Source of the DNA: Gemmatimonadales bacterium
Lineage (GTDB): Bacteria > Gemmatimonadota > Gemmatimonadetes > Gemmatimonadales > GWC2-71-9
Direction: 5' to 3'
Assembly (NCBI GenBank): GCA_036390255.1
Contig: DASWCE010000006.1
Coordinates: forward strand, 3,975-67,974
DNA: 64,000 nt
A program made the translations under genes and the position numbers. The notes beneath the pieces are model-generated. The model was not told where the DNA came from. It saw nothing but the letters and a program-made list of their open reading frames with translations, and searched no databases. Shown here piece by piece: positions 19,462-28,137 of the stretch; position 1 is the stretch's first letter, and the number at the start of each line of letters is the position of its first letter.

Positions 19462-20291
19462 AGCGCGACCTGTACCACCCGGTCCTTACCCGCCTTCTTC
19501 GCATCGTACATCGCCTGATCCGCCCGCCGAATTAGGTCATCCGTATTGGCATCCGTGGCCGTGCATGACACGACGCCAATACTTGCCGTCACATTCGGCG
19601 TCCCCCTGAACACATTGCGGAGTCCCGCGATCAGCCGTTTCGCCGCCGCGTCCGCAAGCGCGGCGTCCGTCTCGGGCATGAGCACCGCGAACTCGTCGCC
19701 GCCGAGTCTGCCGACGACGTCGGCGTGACGCACGGACGACCGCATCGCATCGGCGACGAGCCGCAACACGGCGTCGCCGGTATGATGGCCGTGCGTGTCG
19801 TTGATCACCTTGAAGTTGTCGAGATCCATGTACAGCAGCGCGAGGGGCCGCGGATAGCGGCGGTTGCGATCGAGCTCCTGGCCCAGCCGGTCGACGAAGG
19901 CGCGCGCGTTCAGGACGTTCGTGAGCTGGTCCTGGGTGACCAGGCGCGCGAGCTGCGCCTGGCTCCGCCGCAGCGACTGCAGGCCCGCCATCGCGACGCC
20001 GAGCACGGCGAGATAGGCCAGCCCGTTCAGAATGCGCCACAGCATGGGCGTGTCCGCCGGCATCTGCACCCAGGCGATCGCCTCGCGGAATACCGTGGTG
20101 GTGGCGGCAAAAACGATTCCCCAGGCCAATCCCTCGGTCCAGGTGACGAGCAGAACCGGGATGGTATACAGGATGCCGAACCGCGCCGCGGGAGGCGTGA
20201 CAGCGTTAACCCAATACACGAGGAGCGTAAGGAACACGTAGCCGACCAGGCGCAGCGCCTGGCGCACGCCGGGTGACGGGAGAGCAGCCAT
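19458..20291 (-). CDS. membrane-anchored diguanylate cyclase (GGDEF)
   Basis: About 4 TM helices followed by a GGDEF domain (RLGGDEFAVLM) with an RxxD I-site (RHAD) five residues upstream. The ATG at 20289-20291 shares one base with the moeA stop. The longer ORF (to 20702) overlaps moeA and is Arg-rich. Confidence 0.9.
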   Translation of the reverse strand: MAALPSPGVRQALRLVGYVFLTLLVYWVNAVTPPAARFGILYTIPVLLVTWTEGLAWGIVFAATTTVFREAIAWVQMPADTPMLWRILNGLAYLAVLGVAMAGLQSLRRSQAQLARLVTQDQLTNVLNARAFVDRLGQELDRNRRYPRPLALLYMDLDNFKVINDTHGHHTGDAVLRLVADAMRSSVRHADVVGRLGGDEFAVLMPETDAALADAAAKRLIAGLRNVFRGTPNVTASIGVVSCTATDANTDDLIRRADQAMYDAKKAGKDRVVQVAL

Positions 20292-21514
20292 CAGTATGGA
20301 GGCTCCGCGACGTGACGCGGGTCGTCGAGGATCAGCGCCTGGAGCGAGGTCCCCACGGGCACCGTGGACATCTCGGCCGGGACGATCAGCAGGGCGTTCG
20401 CGTGCGTCATGCTGGTGAGAATGCCAGACCCCTGCGGGCCTGTCAAACGCGCCTCTCCTTCCTCCACTATGGCGCGGAGGAAGTGACGCAGTTTTGGCCC
20501 GAGCGTGATAGGTTCGCGGGTAGTGACCGGCACCGTTCTGCGAAAGGGCAGGGCATGCCCCTGCAGGCGACGGATGACGGGTCGCACGAACAGCTCGAAG
20601 GTTACCATGGTGCTGACCGGATTGCCGGGCAGCCCGATCCAGGGAATCCCGTTCAGCAGCCCGAATCCCACGGGCGCCCCCGGCCGCATGGCGATCCGCC
20701 ACAGCTTCAGCTCCCCCCCGGATTCCTGCAGCACGTCGCGGACGAGATCGTGCTCCCCGACGCTGACGCCGGCGGTGGTCACGAGCAAGTCGGCGTTCGC
20801 CGCGCCGCGCAGATGCTCGCGCAGGCTCTCCCTCGTGTCGCGTGCCACGCCGAGGTTGACCGGGACGGCTGACGAACGGCGAATCAGAGCATCGAGCGTG
20901 TAGGAGTTGGAGGTCGCGATCTTCTTGCCGGCGAGAATCTCATCCCGCCGGTCCAGATCGACGATCTCGTCACCCGACCCCATGAATGCCACCTGCGGCA
21001 CACGGTGCACGAGCGGCCGGTCGTGCGCGATCGAGGCGAGCACGCCGAGCTGTGCCGGACCAAGCGCCGTGCTTGCGGTGAGAACGACGGCCCCCTTTCG
21101 AATGTCCTCGCCGCGCCGCCGGATGTTTTTCTTCGCGTCCCGCGTATTGCTGATCCTGACGGTCCCGTTGGTTGACTGCGTGGTGTCTTCCTGGCGGATT
21201 ACCGTGTCGGCGCCCTGCGGCAGCGGCGCGCCGGTGAAGATCCGGATTGCTTGCGCCTGTCCGAGGGACTTGTCGGGAAACTGGCCGGCCGCCACGGTCT
21301 CGATGACGGCGAGCTCCGTTACGCCGCTCTCGCGCAAGTCCTGGCTGCGCACTGCATAGCCATCCATCGCCGAGTTGTCCCACGGCGGCAGGTCGATCGG
21401 ACTGACGACGTCTTCGGCGAGCACCAGGTCCAGCGCCTCGCGCAACGGCCGGCGCTCGGCAGGAAGGGGCCGGACATCGCTGATGATGATCCGCGCGGCT
21501 TCGGCGGGAGTCAT
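20291..21514 (-). CDS. moeA: molybdopterin molybdenumtransferase
   Basis: MoeA layout: DLPPWDNSAMDGYAVR, IFTGAPLPQGADTVI, TTAGVSVGEHD and a C-terminal beta domain. The ATG at 21512-21514 overlaps the mobB stop. Confidence 0.9.
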   Translation of the reverse strand: MTPAEAARIIISDVRPLPAERRPLREALDLVLAEDVVSPIDLPPWDNSAMDGYAVRSQDLRESGVTELAVIETVAAGQFPDKSLGQAQAIRIFTGAPLPQGADTVIRQEDTTQSTNGTVRISNTRDAKKNIRRRGEDIRKGAVVLTASTALGPAQLGVLASIAHDRPLVHRVPQVAFMGSGDEIVDLDRRDEILAGKKIATSNSYTLDALIRRSSAVPVNLGVARDTRESLREHLRGAANADLLVTTAGVSVGEHDLVRDVLQESGGELKLWRIAMRPGAPVGFGLLNGIPWIGLPGNPVSTMVTFELFVRPVIRRLQGHALPFRRTVPVTTREPITLGPKLRHFLRAIVEEGEARLTGPQGSGILTSMTHANALLIVPAEMSTVPVGTSLQALILDDPRHVAEPPY

Positions 21515-22029
21515 GGCGGGAGAATCTTGGCTTGGTCCCAAGCGAGATTCGCGATCGTGACGAGCCACGCCGTGTCGCTGAAGCGAAACACCGGGAAGGG
21601 TGCCCGCAGCTCGCGATCGTCCGTCACCATGGCGATCCAGTCGGCCGGATCATGCACCGCGGGATCGAATACCGGCTTGGGACCGGCCACTTTGCGATAC
21701 ACCTCGATCTTCGGCAGCGGCGCGCGTTTGTATCCTTCGACCAGCACGATGTCGGCGCCGCTCAGGTAGCGCCGCGCGAGCGTGATGGGATCGGCGTCTT
21801 GCTCCGTGTGCTCGAACAGCACGCGTTGTCCGGGTGCTTCGATCAGCACGCGCTCCGCCTTTCCCTCATGCCAATGCCGCCAGGTGTCCTTGCCCTTTTG
21901 ATCCATGTCGGCGGGATGCGAGCCGTGCTTGATGGTCATCACACGTAGCTTGCGGCGCACCAGCTCGGCTGCGAGCGCGACGAGGAACGACGTCTTGCCC
22001 GCGTTCTTGAGCCCGATGATCGAGATCAT
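21511..22029 (-). CDS. mobB: molybdopterin-guanine dinucleotide biosynthesis adapter protein
   Basis: Walker A IIGLKNAGKTSF... and HGSHPADMDQKGKDTWRH. The ATG at 22027-22029 overlaps the mobA stop. Confidence 0.88.
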   Translation of the reverse strand: MISIIGLKNAGKTSFLVALAAELVRRKLRVMTIKHGSHPADMDQKGKDTWRHWHEGKAERVLIEAPGQRVLFEHTEQDADPITLARRYLSGADIVLVEGYKRAPLPKIEVYRKVAGPKPVFDPAVHDPADWIAMVTDDRELRAPFPVFRFSDTAWLVTIANLAWDQAKILPP

Positions 22030-22631
22030 CCGTGTCGCCGGGATAGCGCCTCCGCGCGCGCGAGGTCTGCGGGCGTGTTCACGTTGAAGAACAGCTCGTC
22101 GGGATCGCCGAACGCCTTGACCTCCGCGAGGGAGAGGATACCGACCCGCACGTCGGCGTGGAAGGAGATGGCCTGCAAGTCGCCACTGTCCAGCCGCCGC
22201 GCGATCGCGGGGGCGCACGCGGGTCCGTAGACGGCGCAGAGCGGCTCCAGGCCACGCCGGCCGGAGCTCTCGGGAAGAAAGGCGTCATAGCCACCGCTGG
22301 CGGCGCCGGCGACGAGCGCGCTGAGCAACGCCTCCGGAACGAACGGCATGTCCCACGCGACGCAGAGCACCGGCTCGGGACCAGCGGTCACCGCCGTGTA
22401 GATCCCGCCTAGACTGCCGAAGCCCGGCCGGCTGTCGGGAATCGTCCGCAAGTCCGGGCGCCACGATGCGGCGTCGGGTGCATTGGCGATCAACAGTGGA
22501 GGTGCAGCCGTTACGGTCTGTACGGCACCGGCGACGTGATCGAGAATGCGGCCACCGCCGACCGTCAGCAAACCCTTCGGCAATCCACCGTAGCGACGGG
22601 CGCCGCCTCCGGCGAGCACCGCGCCTCGCAT
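22026..22631 (-). CDS. mobA: molybdenum cofactor guanylyltransferase
   Basis: N-terminal GAVLAGGGARRYGGLPKGLL motif, 201 aa, adjacent to mobB and moeA. Confidence 0.88.
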   Translation of the reverse strand: MRGAVLAGGGARRYGGLPKGLLTVGGGRILDHVAGAVQTVTAAPPLLIANAPDAASWRPDLRTIPDSRPGFGSLGGIYTAVTAGPEPVLCVAWDMPFVPEALLSALVAGAASGGYDAFLPESSGRRGLEPLCAVYGPACAPAIARRLDSGDLQAISFHADVRVGILSLAEVKAFGDPDELFFNVNTPADLARAEALSRRHG

Positions 22632-22632
22632 T

Positions 22633-23055
22633 CTAGACTTTGAGATGATCGTGTTCGATGGCGAGGCAGTGATCCATTACGAAGGCGATCCCCGCCGCCT
22701 CGGCACGCCGCCCGGCGGCCGCGTCCACCACACCGAGCTGCAGCCAGATCATCTGGGGCGGCGGCCGCAGCGCGATGGCTTCATCGACGATCGCTCCGAC
22801 ATGCTCGCTGCGCCGAAATACGTCCACGATGTCAATCGCGTAGTCGCGTGCGGCCTCGGTGAGCGTTCGATAGCTCTTCTCGTCGAGGATTTCGCCGTGA
22901 CCCGGATTGACCGGTACGATCTTGTAACCGGATCGCCGTAAATAGCGGGCGACGGAATTGCTGGGCCGCATCGGGTTGGGGGAAAGTCCCACGACCGCGA
23001 TCGTGCGCGCGCCCCGGAGCAGGGCGCGGAGGGTCTCCGCCTCGGGCGGCGTCAT
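22633..23055 (-). CDS. CoA-binding domain protein (YccU/YneT-like)
   Basis: TIAVVGLSPNPMRPSNSVARYLRRSGYKIVPVNP is the CoA_binding_2 signature. 140 aa. Confidence 0.82.
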   Translation of the reverse strand: MTPPEAETLRALLRGARTIAVVGLSPNPMRPSNSVARYLRRSGYKIVPVNPGHGEILDEKSYRTLTEAARDYAIDIVDVFRRSEHVGAIVDEAIALRPPPQMIWLQLGVVDAAAGRRAEAAGIAFVMDHCLAIEHDHLKV

Positions 23056-23774
23056 CCCTCGCGTTTGTGCACGTGCGGTGTGCCACTGACCGCGCGGCCG
23101 ACGAGGACCATTCCGGAGCGCTCGGCGATCGTGACCGCGAGTGTGGACGGCACGCTGGGCGTCGCCACCCAGGCGAGTCCCGCGCGCGCCGCCTTGAACG
23201 CCAGCTCCGCGGAAATGCGGCCCGTGACGAGCAGCCCGCGACCCGTAATCGGCGTCCGCGCGAGCACCGCACCGCCGATGACCTTGTCCACCGCGTTGTG
23301 CCGGCCGATGTCTTCGGCATGGAAGAGCAGCGTCGTGCTGTCGGTCAATGCGGCGGCATGGATACCGCCCGTTTCGTTGTAACGAGCGCCCGAGGCGAAC
23401 AACTGCTTGAATAGCGCGCGTAACGTTTCCGGCGCGGGCGGCTCGCCGCGCAGCGGAGCGCTGCGACTCATCGCCTCAGGGTCAGCGAGCATCGTGGCGA
23501 CCGCACCGCAGCCCGAGGCGAGCACCCGTTTGCGATTCTCGCCTTTCACCTGAGCGAGACGCTCGGGTTTCACGTCGGCCCAAAAGCCGAGGTCGGGCGC
23601 ACAGGGACGCAGTTGCACCAGATCGTCGAGCGACGCGATGTAGCCCTCGCCGTGCAGCCAGCCGACCGCGAGCTCCTCGAGCTGGTCGGGCGTGCACATC
23701 CAGGTGACGGCTGGCTCGCCGTTCACCTCCAGCCACACGGGCCACTCCTCGACCACAGCGGAGTCGGCGCGCAT
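23052..23774 (-). CDS. fdhD: formate dehydrogenase accessory sulfurtransferase
   Basis: LAVGWLHGEGYI, the SGCG cysteine loop, GGIHAAAL and EDIGRHNAVDKVIG. Confidence 0.9.
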   Translation of the reverse strand: MRADSAVVEEWPVWLEVNGEPAVTWMCTPDQLEELAVGWLHGEGYIASLDDLVQLRPCAPDLGFWADVKPERLAQVKGENRKRVLASGCGAVATMLADPEAMSRSAPLRGEPPAPETLRALFKQLFASGARYNETGGIHAAALTDSTTLLFHAEDIGRHNAVDKVIGGAVLARTPITGRGLLVTGRISAELAFKAARAGLAWVATPSVPSTLAVTIAERSGMVLVGRAVSGTPHVHKREG

Positions 23775-23796
23775 GCGGCCCGAGCGATCGCCCGGT

Positions 23797-24192
23797 TTAC
23801 GATTCGCCGCGGTATTCGGAGTAGAGATGGGGACTCTCCTCGATGCGCACGCAGTGCAGGATCACGCCCGCCGGCAACGCGCCTGCGAGACGTTCCCAGA
23901 CGTGAACCGCCAGCGCCTCTCCGGTCGCGACCCAGGTGCCGGCGGCGAACGGGGCGATGTCTTTGTTGATGTGTCGCCCGTCGAAACGCGCCACGACCTC
24001 ACGCTGCAGCAACGCCTTGAGCGCCGGCAGGCTCATGACCCCACTGCATGCCGGATCGAACACGCCCTTCACCGTCACCGCGCATTTGTATTGATGACTG
24101 TGATCGTCGGTCGCGCCCGCGAACTCGGGCGTGCTGGGGAAACGATGCGTGGCGGTGAACTCGACGACCCGCGTGAGATACGCTGTCGGCAT
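23797..24192 (-). CDS. 6-pyruvoyl-tetrahydropterin synthase / QueD-family protein (catalytic Cys apparently absent)
   Basis: Collinear with E. coli QueD (FTATHRF..HSH..VTVKG..DP). The zinc His triad is retained, but the position of QueD Cys27 reads Ala. Confidence 0.78.
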   Translation of the reverse strand: MPTAYLTRVVEFTATHRFPSTPEFAGATDDHSHQYKCAVTVKGVFDPACSGVMSLPALKALLQREVVARFDGRHINKDIAPFAAGTWVATGEALAVHVWERLAGALPAGVILHCVRIEESPHLYSEYRGES

Positions 24193-24195
24193 CCT

Positions 24196-25209
24196 CTAGA
24201 ATACCCGGACCGCGGTGGCCTTGAAAGAGAAGACGACGTTCCCGCCTGGCGCGAGCGCCAGATCCCGCGCGGCCTCCGCCGTCACGGCGGCCACAAGCTC
24301 GACCTCGCCCCCGCCCATGTCGGCTCGGACGTGCACGCCCGCGCCGCGCCGCTCGATCGCCATGCCGACCACTCGACCCTTGAACACGTTGCGGGCCGAC
24401 GAGGCGAGCGGCTCCCGACTCACGAAGATGTCGGTCGGGGGGATCGCGAGCACCGCCGGACCAGCGCGCTCGGTGATCAGCACGATTTCGATGCCGCCGA
24501 CGTGTACGTGCTTCACGCCATCGCCCGCCGGCAGCTCGACGCGAAACAGATTTTCCGGCGTCACGGGCGACAGGCGACCATCCGCGAGCGCGCGAATATC
24601 GTCGGCCCAGCGATAGGCATCTTCGAGTTGATGGGAGGCGATGCACACCGCAAAGGGACGAGCGGCGCGCTCGGCCGCGAGCGCGCGGTAGAGGGCGCCC
24701 GCGGCAGCGCTGTCCGCCGAGCTCGCCGGCTCATCGAGCAGCAGCACGTCCGTTCTCAAGGCGAGCGCGCGCCCGACGGCGACCCGCTGGACCTCACCTT
24801 CGGACAGCTCGTGGCGGCGGCGGCCCAGCAAGGGGGCGAGTCCCAGCCTATCCACGACGTCGCCGATTATCCCGGTAACGGCTGTACGTCCGAAACCTCG
24901 CACCTTGAGACCGTAGACCAGGTTATCACGCACCGTCCCGCGCAGCAGCACCGGTCGCTGCTCGACGAGTGTCACGCGACGACGCAGGGACGCACCGGGA
25001 CGCCGAGGGACGACCGCGCCGTTCCAGAGCACGGATCCTTCCGTCGGACGTTCCAGGAGGGCCAGCAGCCGCAGCAGCGTGCTCTTTCCGGAGCCGTTGT
25101 GGCCAACCACCGCTACCATCGCGGTCGGCGGCAGGGCGAAGTGCTCGAAATCGAGCACCACGCGTCCCCCGTAACGGTGCCGCACCGAGCGCAGCTCAAC
25201 CACTGCCAC
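24196..25209 (-). CDS. ABC transporter ATP-binding protein with C-terminal TOBE-like domain (molybdate/tungstate type)
   Basis: Walker A GHNGSGKST, signature LSEGEVQR, Walker B LLLDEP, and a C-terminal beta domain (FKGRVVGMAIERRGAGVHVRADMGG...). Confidence 0.85.
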   Translation of the reverse strand: MAVVELRSVRHRYGGRVVLDFEHFALPPTAMVAVVGHNGSGKSTLLRLLALLERPTEGSVLWNGAVVPRRPGASLRRRVTLVEQRPVLLRGTVRDNLVYGLKVRGFGRTAVTGIIGDVVDRLGLAPLLGRRRHELSEGEVQRVAVGRALALRTDVLLLDEPASSADSAAAGALYRALAAERAARPFAVCIASHQLEDAYRWADDIRALADGRLSPVTPENLFRVELPAGDGVKHVHVGGIEIVLITERAGPAVLAIPPTDIFVSREPLASSARNVFKGRVVGMAIERRGAGVHVRADMGGGEVELVAAVTAEAARDLALAPGGNVVFSFKATAVRVF

Positions 25210-25891
25210 GCCCTTGCAGGACCTGTAGCGCGATGTTGATGACGAGCGCCAGGATCACCAGCACGAGCCCCAGCGCCAGCGCCGTCCCGAAGTCACCCTG
25301 CGACGTGTACAGCGCCACGGCCGTGGTCAGCGTGCGGGTGGAACCACGGATGTTGCCGCCGAGGATCATCGCGGCCCCGACTTCCGCAACGACCTGGCCA
25401 AAGGCGGCGGTGATGACGGCGGCGAGCGCAAAGCGCGCTTCACGCGCGACGGTCCAGGCTGTGCGCCAGGGCCCGGCGCCAAGCGTTTCCGCGGTGCGCC
25501 GCACGCGGGGATCGACGCCTTGTACCGCGGCGGCGGACAGGGCCGCGGCGATCGGCAAGGCGAGCAGCACGTCGCCGGCCACGATGGCCTGCCAGGTGTA
25601 CAGCCAGCCAAGACCTCCCAGCGGCCCGCGCCGCGACAACAGCCCGTAGAGCAGCAAGCCGACGACGACGGTCGGGAAGGCGAGGGCCGTATTGACCATG
25701 GTGAGCGCGGCGCGCCGGCCCCAGAAGCGGCGCGTCGCCAGGAAGTACCCGAGCGGCAGTCCGACGGTGCAGGCGACTACGGTCGCGACGAGGGCAACTT
25801 TGAGCGTCAGCAGCGCGATTCCGAAAACGTCGGAATCACCCGCCATCAGGAGCCCCCACGCGCGCCGCACTCCCTCGGCTAGAAAGTCCAT
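25196..25891 (-). CDS. ABC transporter permease (TupB/tungstate-type)
   Basis: About 5 TM segments. The ...ETLGAGPWRT... loop and GGNIRGSTRTLTTAV resemble the tungstate-type permease as I remember it. The ATG at 25889-25891 is preferred; the longer ORF overlaps the OMP gene. Confidence 0.8.
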   Translation of the reverse strand: MDFLAEGVRRAWGLLMAGDSDVFGIALLTLKVALVATVVACTVGLPLGYFLATRRFWGRRAALTMVNTALAFPTVVVGLLLYGLLSRRGPLGGLGWLYTWQAIVAGDVLLALPIAAALSAAAVQGVDPRVRRTAETLGAGPWRTAWTVAREARFALAAVITAAFGQVVAEVGAAMILGGNIRGSTRTLTTAVALYTSQGDFGTALALGLVLVILALVINIALQVLQGRGSG

Positions 25892-26580
25892 CCGAGGCCG
25901 AGGGTGATCCAGGGATGCAACGTCCAGTCGGTGAGTTTGTCGGTCAGCGGGAGCACGCGCGAGCCGTCGGGCGCCAGCGGCGTGTGAAACGACACCGGAT
26001 ACTTGAGGCGCCAGAACAGCGCCCGCACATCGGCATTGAACGCCACACGCCGTGCCGGATACCACCGCACACCAGAAGCGAACGCGAGTGTGAACTTGCT
26101 GCCGAACCGATAAAGGCTGCCCGTCGTGTCGCCCGGCGAATTCAAGTCGAAGACCAGACCGAGACCGGTGCCCACGTACGGCGCGAAGCCGCGCCAGGTC
26201 TTTCCACCGGTCAGCCGGAGCAGCATGCCGATCTCCGCCTGCGCCAGGTCGGATTTCACCGGCCCCGTCCGCCGCGCTGTGGAATTCGAGTCAGCGTGCG
26301 GGTTGATGATGAAGCGGTCGCCGCGCAGGTAGGCGCCCGTGAACTGGAACTGCAGTGCGTGGCCGGCGGGGATTTCCCAGCGCGCGCCGAACGTGAGCGC
26401 GTTACTCGTACCGGCTTGCACCTTGCCGCGATCCGCACCGAGGTGACCCACGAAGAACATCGGCCCGGCGTGCAGCGCGATATCGTGATAGGGGGAGGTC
26501 CCGGGGTTGTGGCCAACCTGTGCGCACAGTTGGAATGTTGGCATGCTGGACAGAAACATTCCGACGATCATTCGCCGCAT
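25879..26580 (-). CDS. outer-membrane beta-barrel protein
   Basis: It has a signal peptide and alternating-hydrophobicity strands, and ends ...ITLGLGWTF with the aromatic terminal residue typical of OMPs. Its start shares a base with the gpmI stop. Confidence 0.72.
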   Translation of the reverse strand: MRRMIVGMFLSSMPTFQLCAQVGHNPGTSPYHDIALHAGPMFFVGHLGADRGKVQAGTSNALTFGARWEIPAGHALQFQFTGAYLRGDRFIINPHADSNSTARRTGPVKSDLAQAEIGMLLRLTGGKTWRGFAPYVGTGLGLVFDLNSPGDTTGSLYRFGSKFTLAFASGVRWYPARRVAFNADVRALFWRLKYPVSFHTPLAPDGSRVLPLTDKLTDWTLHPWITLGLGWTF

Positions 26581-28127
26581 CAGTCGTTCTCCCTTAAATC
26601 ACGTCCGGTCATGTTCTTCGGCGGCTCAATACCCATGAGCTGCAAGATCGTTGGTCCGACGTCGCGAAGCGAGCCACCGGCCCGTAGCGGTTGCGTGCCG
26701 GCACCTGCTCCGACCATGACGAAGGGCACCGGATTCGTCGTGTGCGCGGTGTGCGGGCCACCGGTCGCGGGGTCGATCATCAGCTCGCAGTTGCCATGAT
26801 CCGCCGTCACCAACACCGTCGCGTTCGCCGCTTCGGCGGTCGTCAGGACCCGCGCAAGGCATTGGTCAACGGTCTCGACCGCCTTGACAGCCGCCGCCAG
26901 CACTCCGGAATGTCCGACCATGTCGCCGTTGGCGTAGTTGCAGAGGATGAAGTCGTGCTGCTTCGCGGTGATCGCTTTGCAGAGCACGTCGGTGACGCCT
27001 GGAGCACTCATCTCCGGCATGAGATCATAGGTCGCGACCTTTTGTGACGGCACGAGCAGCCGCTCTTCGCCCCTGTAGGGCGGCTCGTATCCGCCATTAA
27101 AGAAGTATGTGACGTGAGCGTATTTCTCAGTCTCCGCAGTACGGAACATCGTCTTGCCGTGGTCAGAGAGTACCTCCGCGACGATGCGTGACAGCACGAT
27201 CGGCTCGAAGGCGGCGGGAAAGGGCAGCGTCTCGTCGTAACGCGTCATCGTCACCAGCCGTACCCTCGGACGGCCCTTCGCGTCGAAGCCGTCGAAGTCC
27301 GGCACGGCGAGGGCGCGCACGATCTGGCGCATGCGATCGGCTCTATAGTTGAAGCAGAAGATGCCGTCGCCCTCCGTGATCAGGGGGGCGCCGCTGATGA
27401 CGCGCGGTTTGACGAACTCGTCGGTCTCGCCGGCTTCGTACGCCTGCTTGATCGCGGTGATTGGGTCGGGGGCCGGGATCCCGACGCCTTTGACCATGGC
27501 GTCGTAGGCCAGCTTGGTGCGATCCCAGCGCTTGTCGCGGTCCATGGCGTAGTAGCGACCGATCACGGTGCTGACGGTCGGTCGGCCTGACGGGGGGCGG
27601 CCGATGGCCTGTAACAGCTGTTCCATGAACCCGAGCGCCGACTTCGGCGGTGTATCGCGCCCATCGAGCCACGCGTGAATCGCGATGGGGACGCCAGCCC
27701 GGCGGCCCAGTTCGACGGCCGCGAGCAGGTGCTTGTCGAGCGCATGTACGCCGCCGGTGCCGATCAGCCCCATCACGTGCAACGTGCCGTCGTGCCGACG
27801 TGTGTCTTCCGCCAGTTGCACGAGAGCGGGGATGCGAAAGAACTCACCAGACTCGATCGACTGTGAAATACGCACGATGTCCTGCGGCACGACCCGGCCC
27901 GCGCCGAGGTTCAGGTGACCCACTTCGCTGTTCCCGATTTGTTCGTCGGGCAATCCGACGGCGAGGCCGGACGCTTCAAGCAGGGTGCGAGCCGGGCGCT
28001 GCCACAGCTTGTGCCACACCGGCGTGCTGCCGAGCTCGATCGCGTTGCCCTCGCGGCCGGGACGAAAGCCCCAGCCGTCGAGCACGATGAGGATGACTGG
28101 GGTGCGCGTGCCACGGGTCGTTGTCAT
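26580..28127 (-). CDS. gpmI: 2,3-bisphosphoglycerate-independent phosphoglycerate mutase
   Basis: VILIVLDGWG, NSEVGHLNLGAGR, the ADHGN-type metal site (TADHGNCE) and ...HTTNPVPF. The ATG at 28125-28127 (MTTTRG...) is preferred. Confidence 0.95.
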   Translation of the reverse strand: MTTTRGTRTPVILIVLDGWGFRPGREGNAIELGSTPVWHKLWQRPARTLLEASGLAVGLPDEQIGNSEVGHLNLGAGRVVPQDIVRISQSIESGEFFRIPALVQLAEDTRRHDGTLHVMGLIGTGGVHALDKHLLAAVELGRRAGVPIAIHAWLDGRDTPPKSALGFMEQLLQAIGRPPSGRPTVSTVIGRYYAMDRDKRWDRTKLAYDAMVKGVGIPAPDPITAIKQAYEAGETDEFVKPRVISGAPLITEGDGIFCFNYRADRMRQIVRALAVPDFDGFDAKGRPRVRLVTMTRYDETLPFPAAFEPIVLSRIVAEVLSDHGKTMFRTAETEKYAHVTYFFNGGYEPPYRGEERLLVPSQKVATYDLMPEMSAPGVTDVLCKAITAKQHDFILCNYANGDMVGHSGVLAAAVKAVETVDQCLARVLTTAEAANATVLVTADHGNCELMIDPATGGPHTAHTTNPVPFVMVGAGAGTQPLRAGGSLRDVGPTILQLMGIEPPKNMTGRDLREND

Positions 28128-28137
28128 ATTGAGGGGG

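Noticed and set aside
19458-20702. Longer N-terminal extensions offered by the ORF track for many genes (e.g. 19458-20702, 21511-22218, 25196-26065, 26580-28190, 27985-29223, 33556-35127, 35033-36262, 6343-7995, 54346-55212, 52964-54721, 59084-60463, 60966-61847)
   Set aside because: The extensions overlap the upstream gene, are Arg/Pro-rich, and precede an internal start. That internal start coincides with an ATGA/GTGA/TGATG junction, a Shine-Dalgarno sequence, a signal peptide, or the known family N-terminus (e.g. PELPEVE for MutM).
23692-25239. 515-aa plus-strand ORF over queD-like and the ABC ATPase. Similar long shadows occur at 10586-11887, 12540-13700, 13933-15180, 17752-18774, 31365-32672, 45686-46744, 46593-47492, 48992-50518, 51348-52463, 53678-54607 and 57332-58348.
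   Set aside because: All are antisense or out of frame to genes with strong domain evidence, are Arg-rich and low-complexity, and cross gene boundaries. They are treated as non-coding shadow ORFs.
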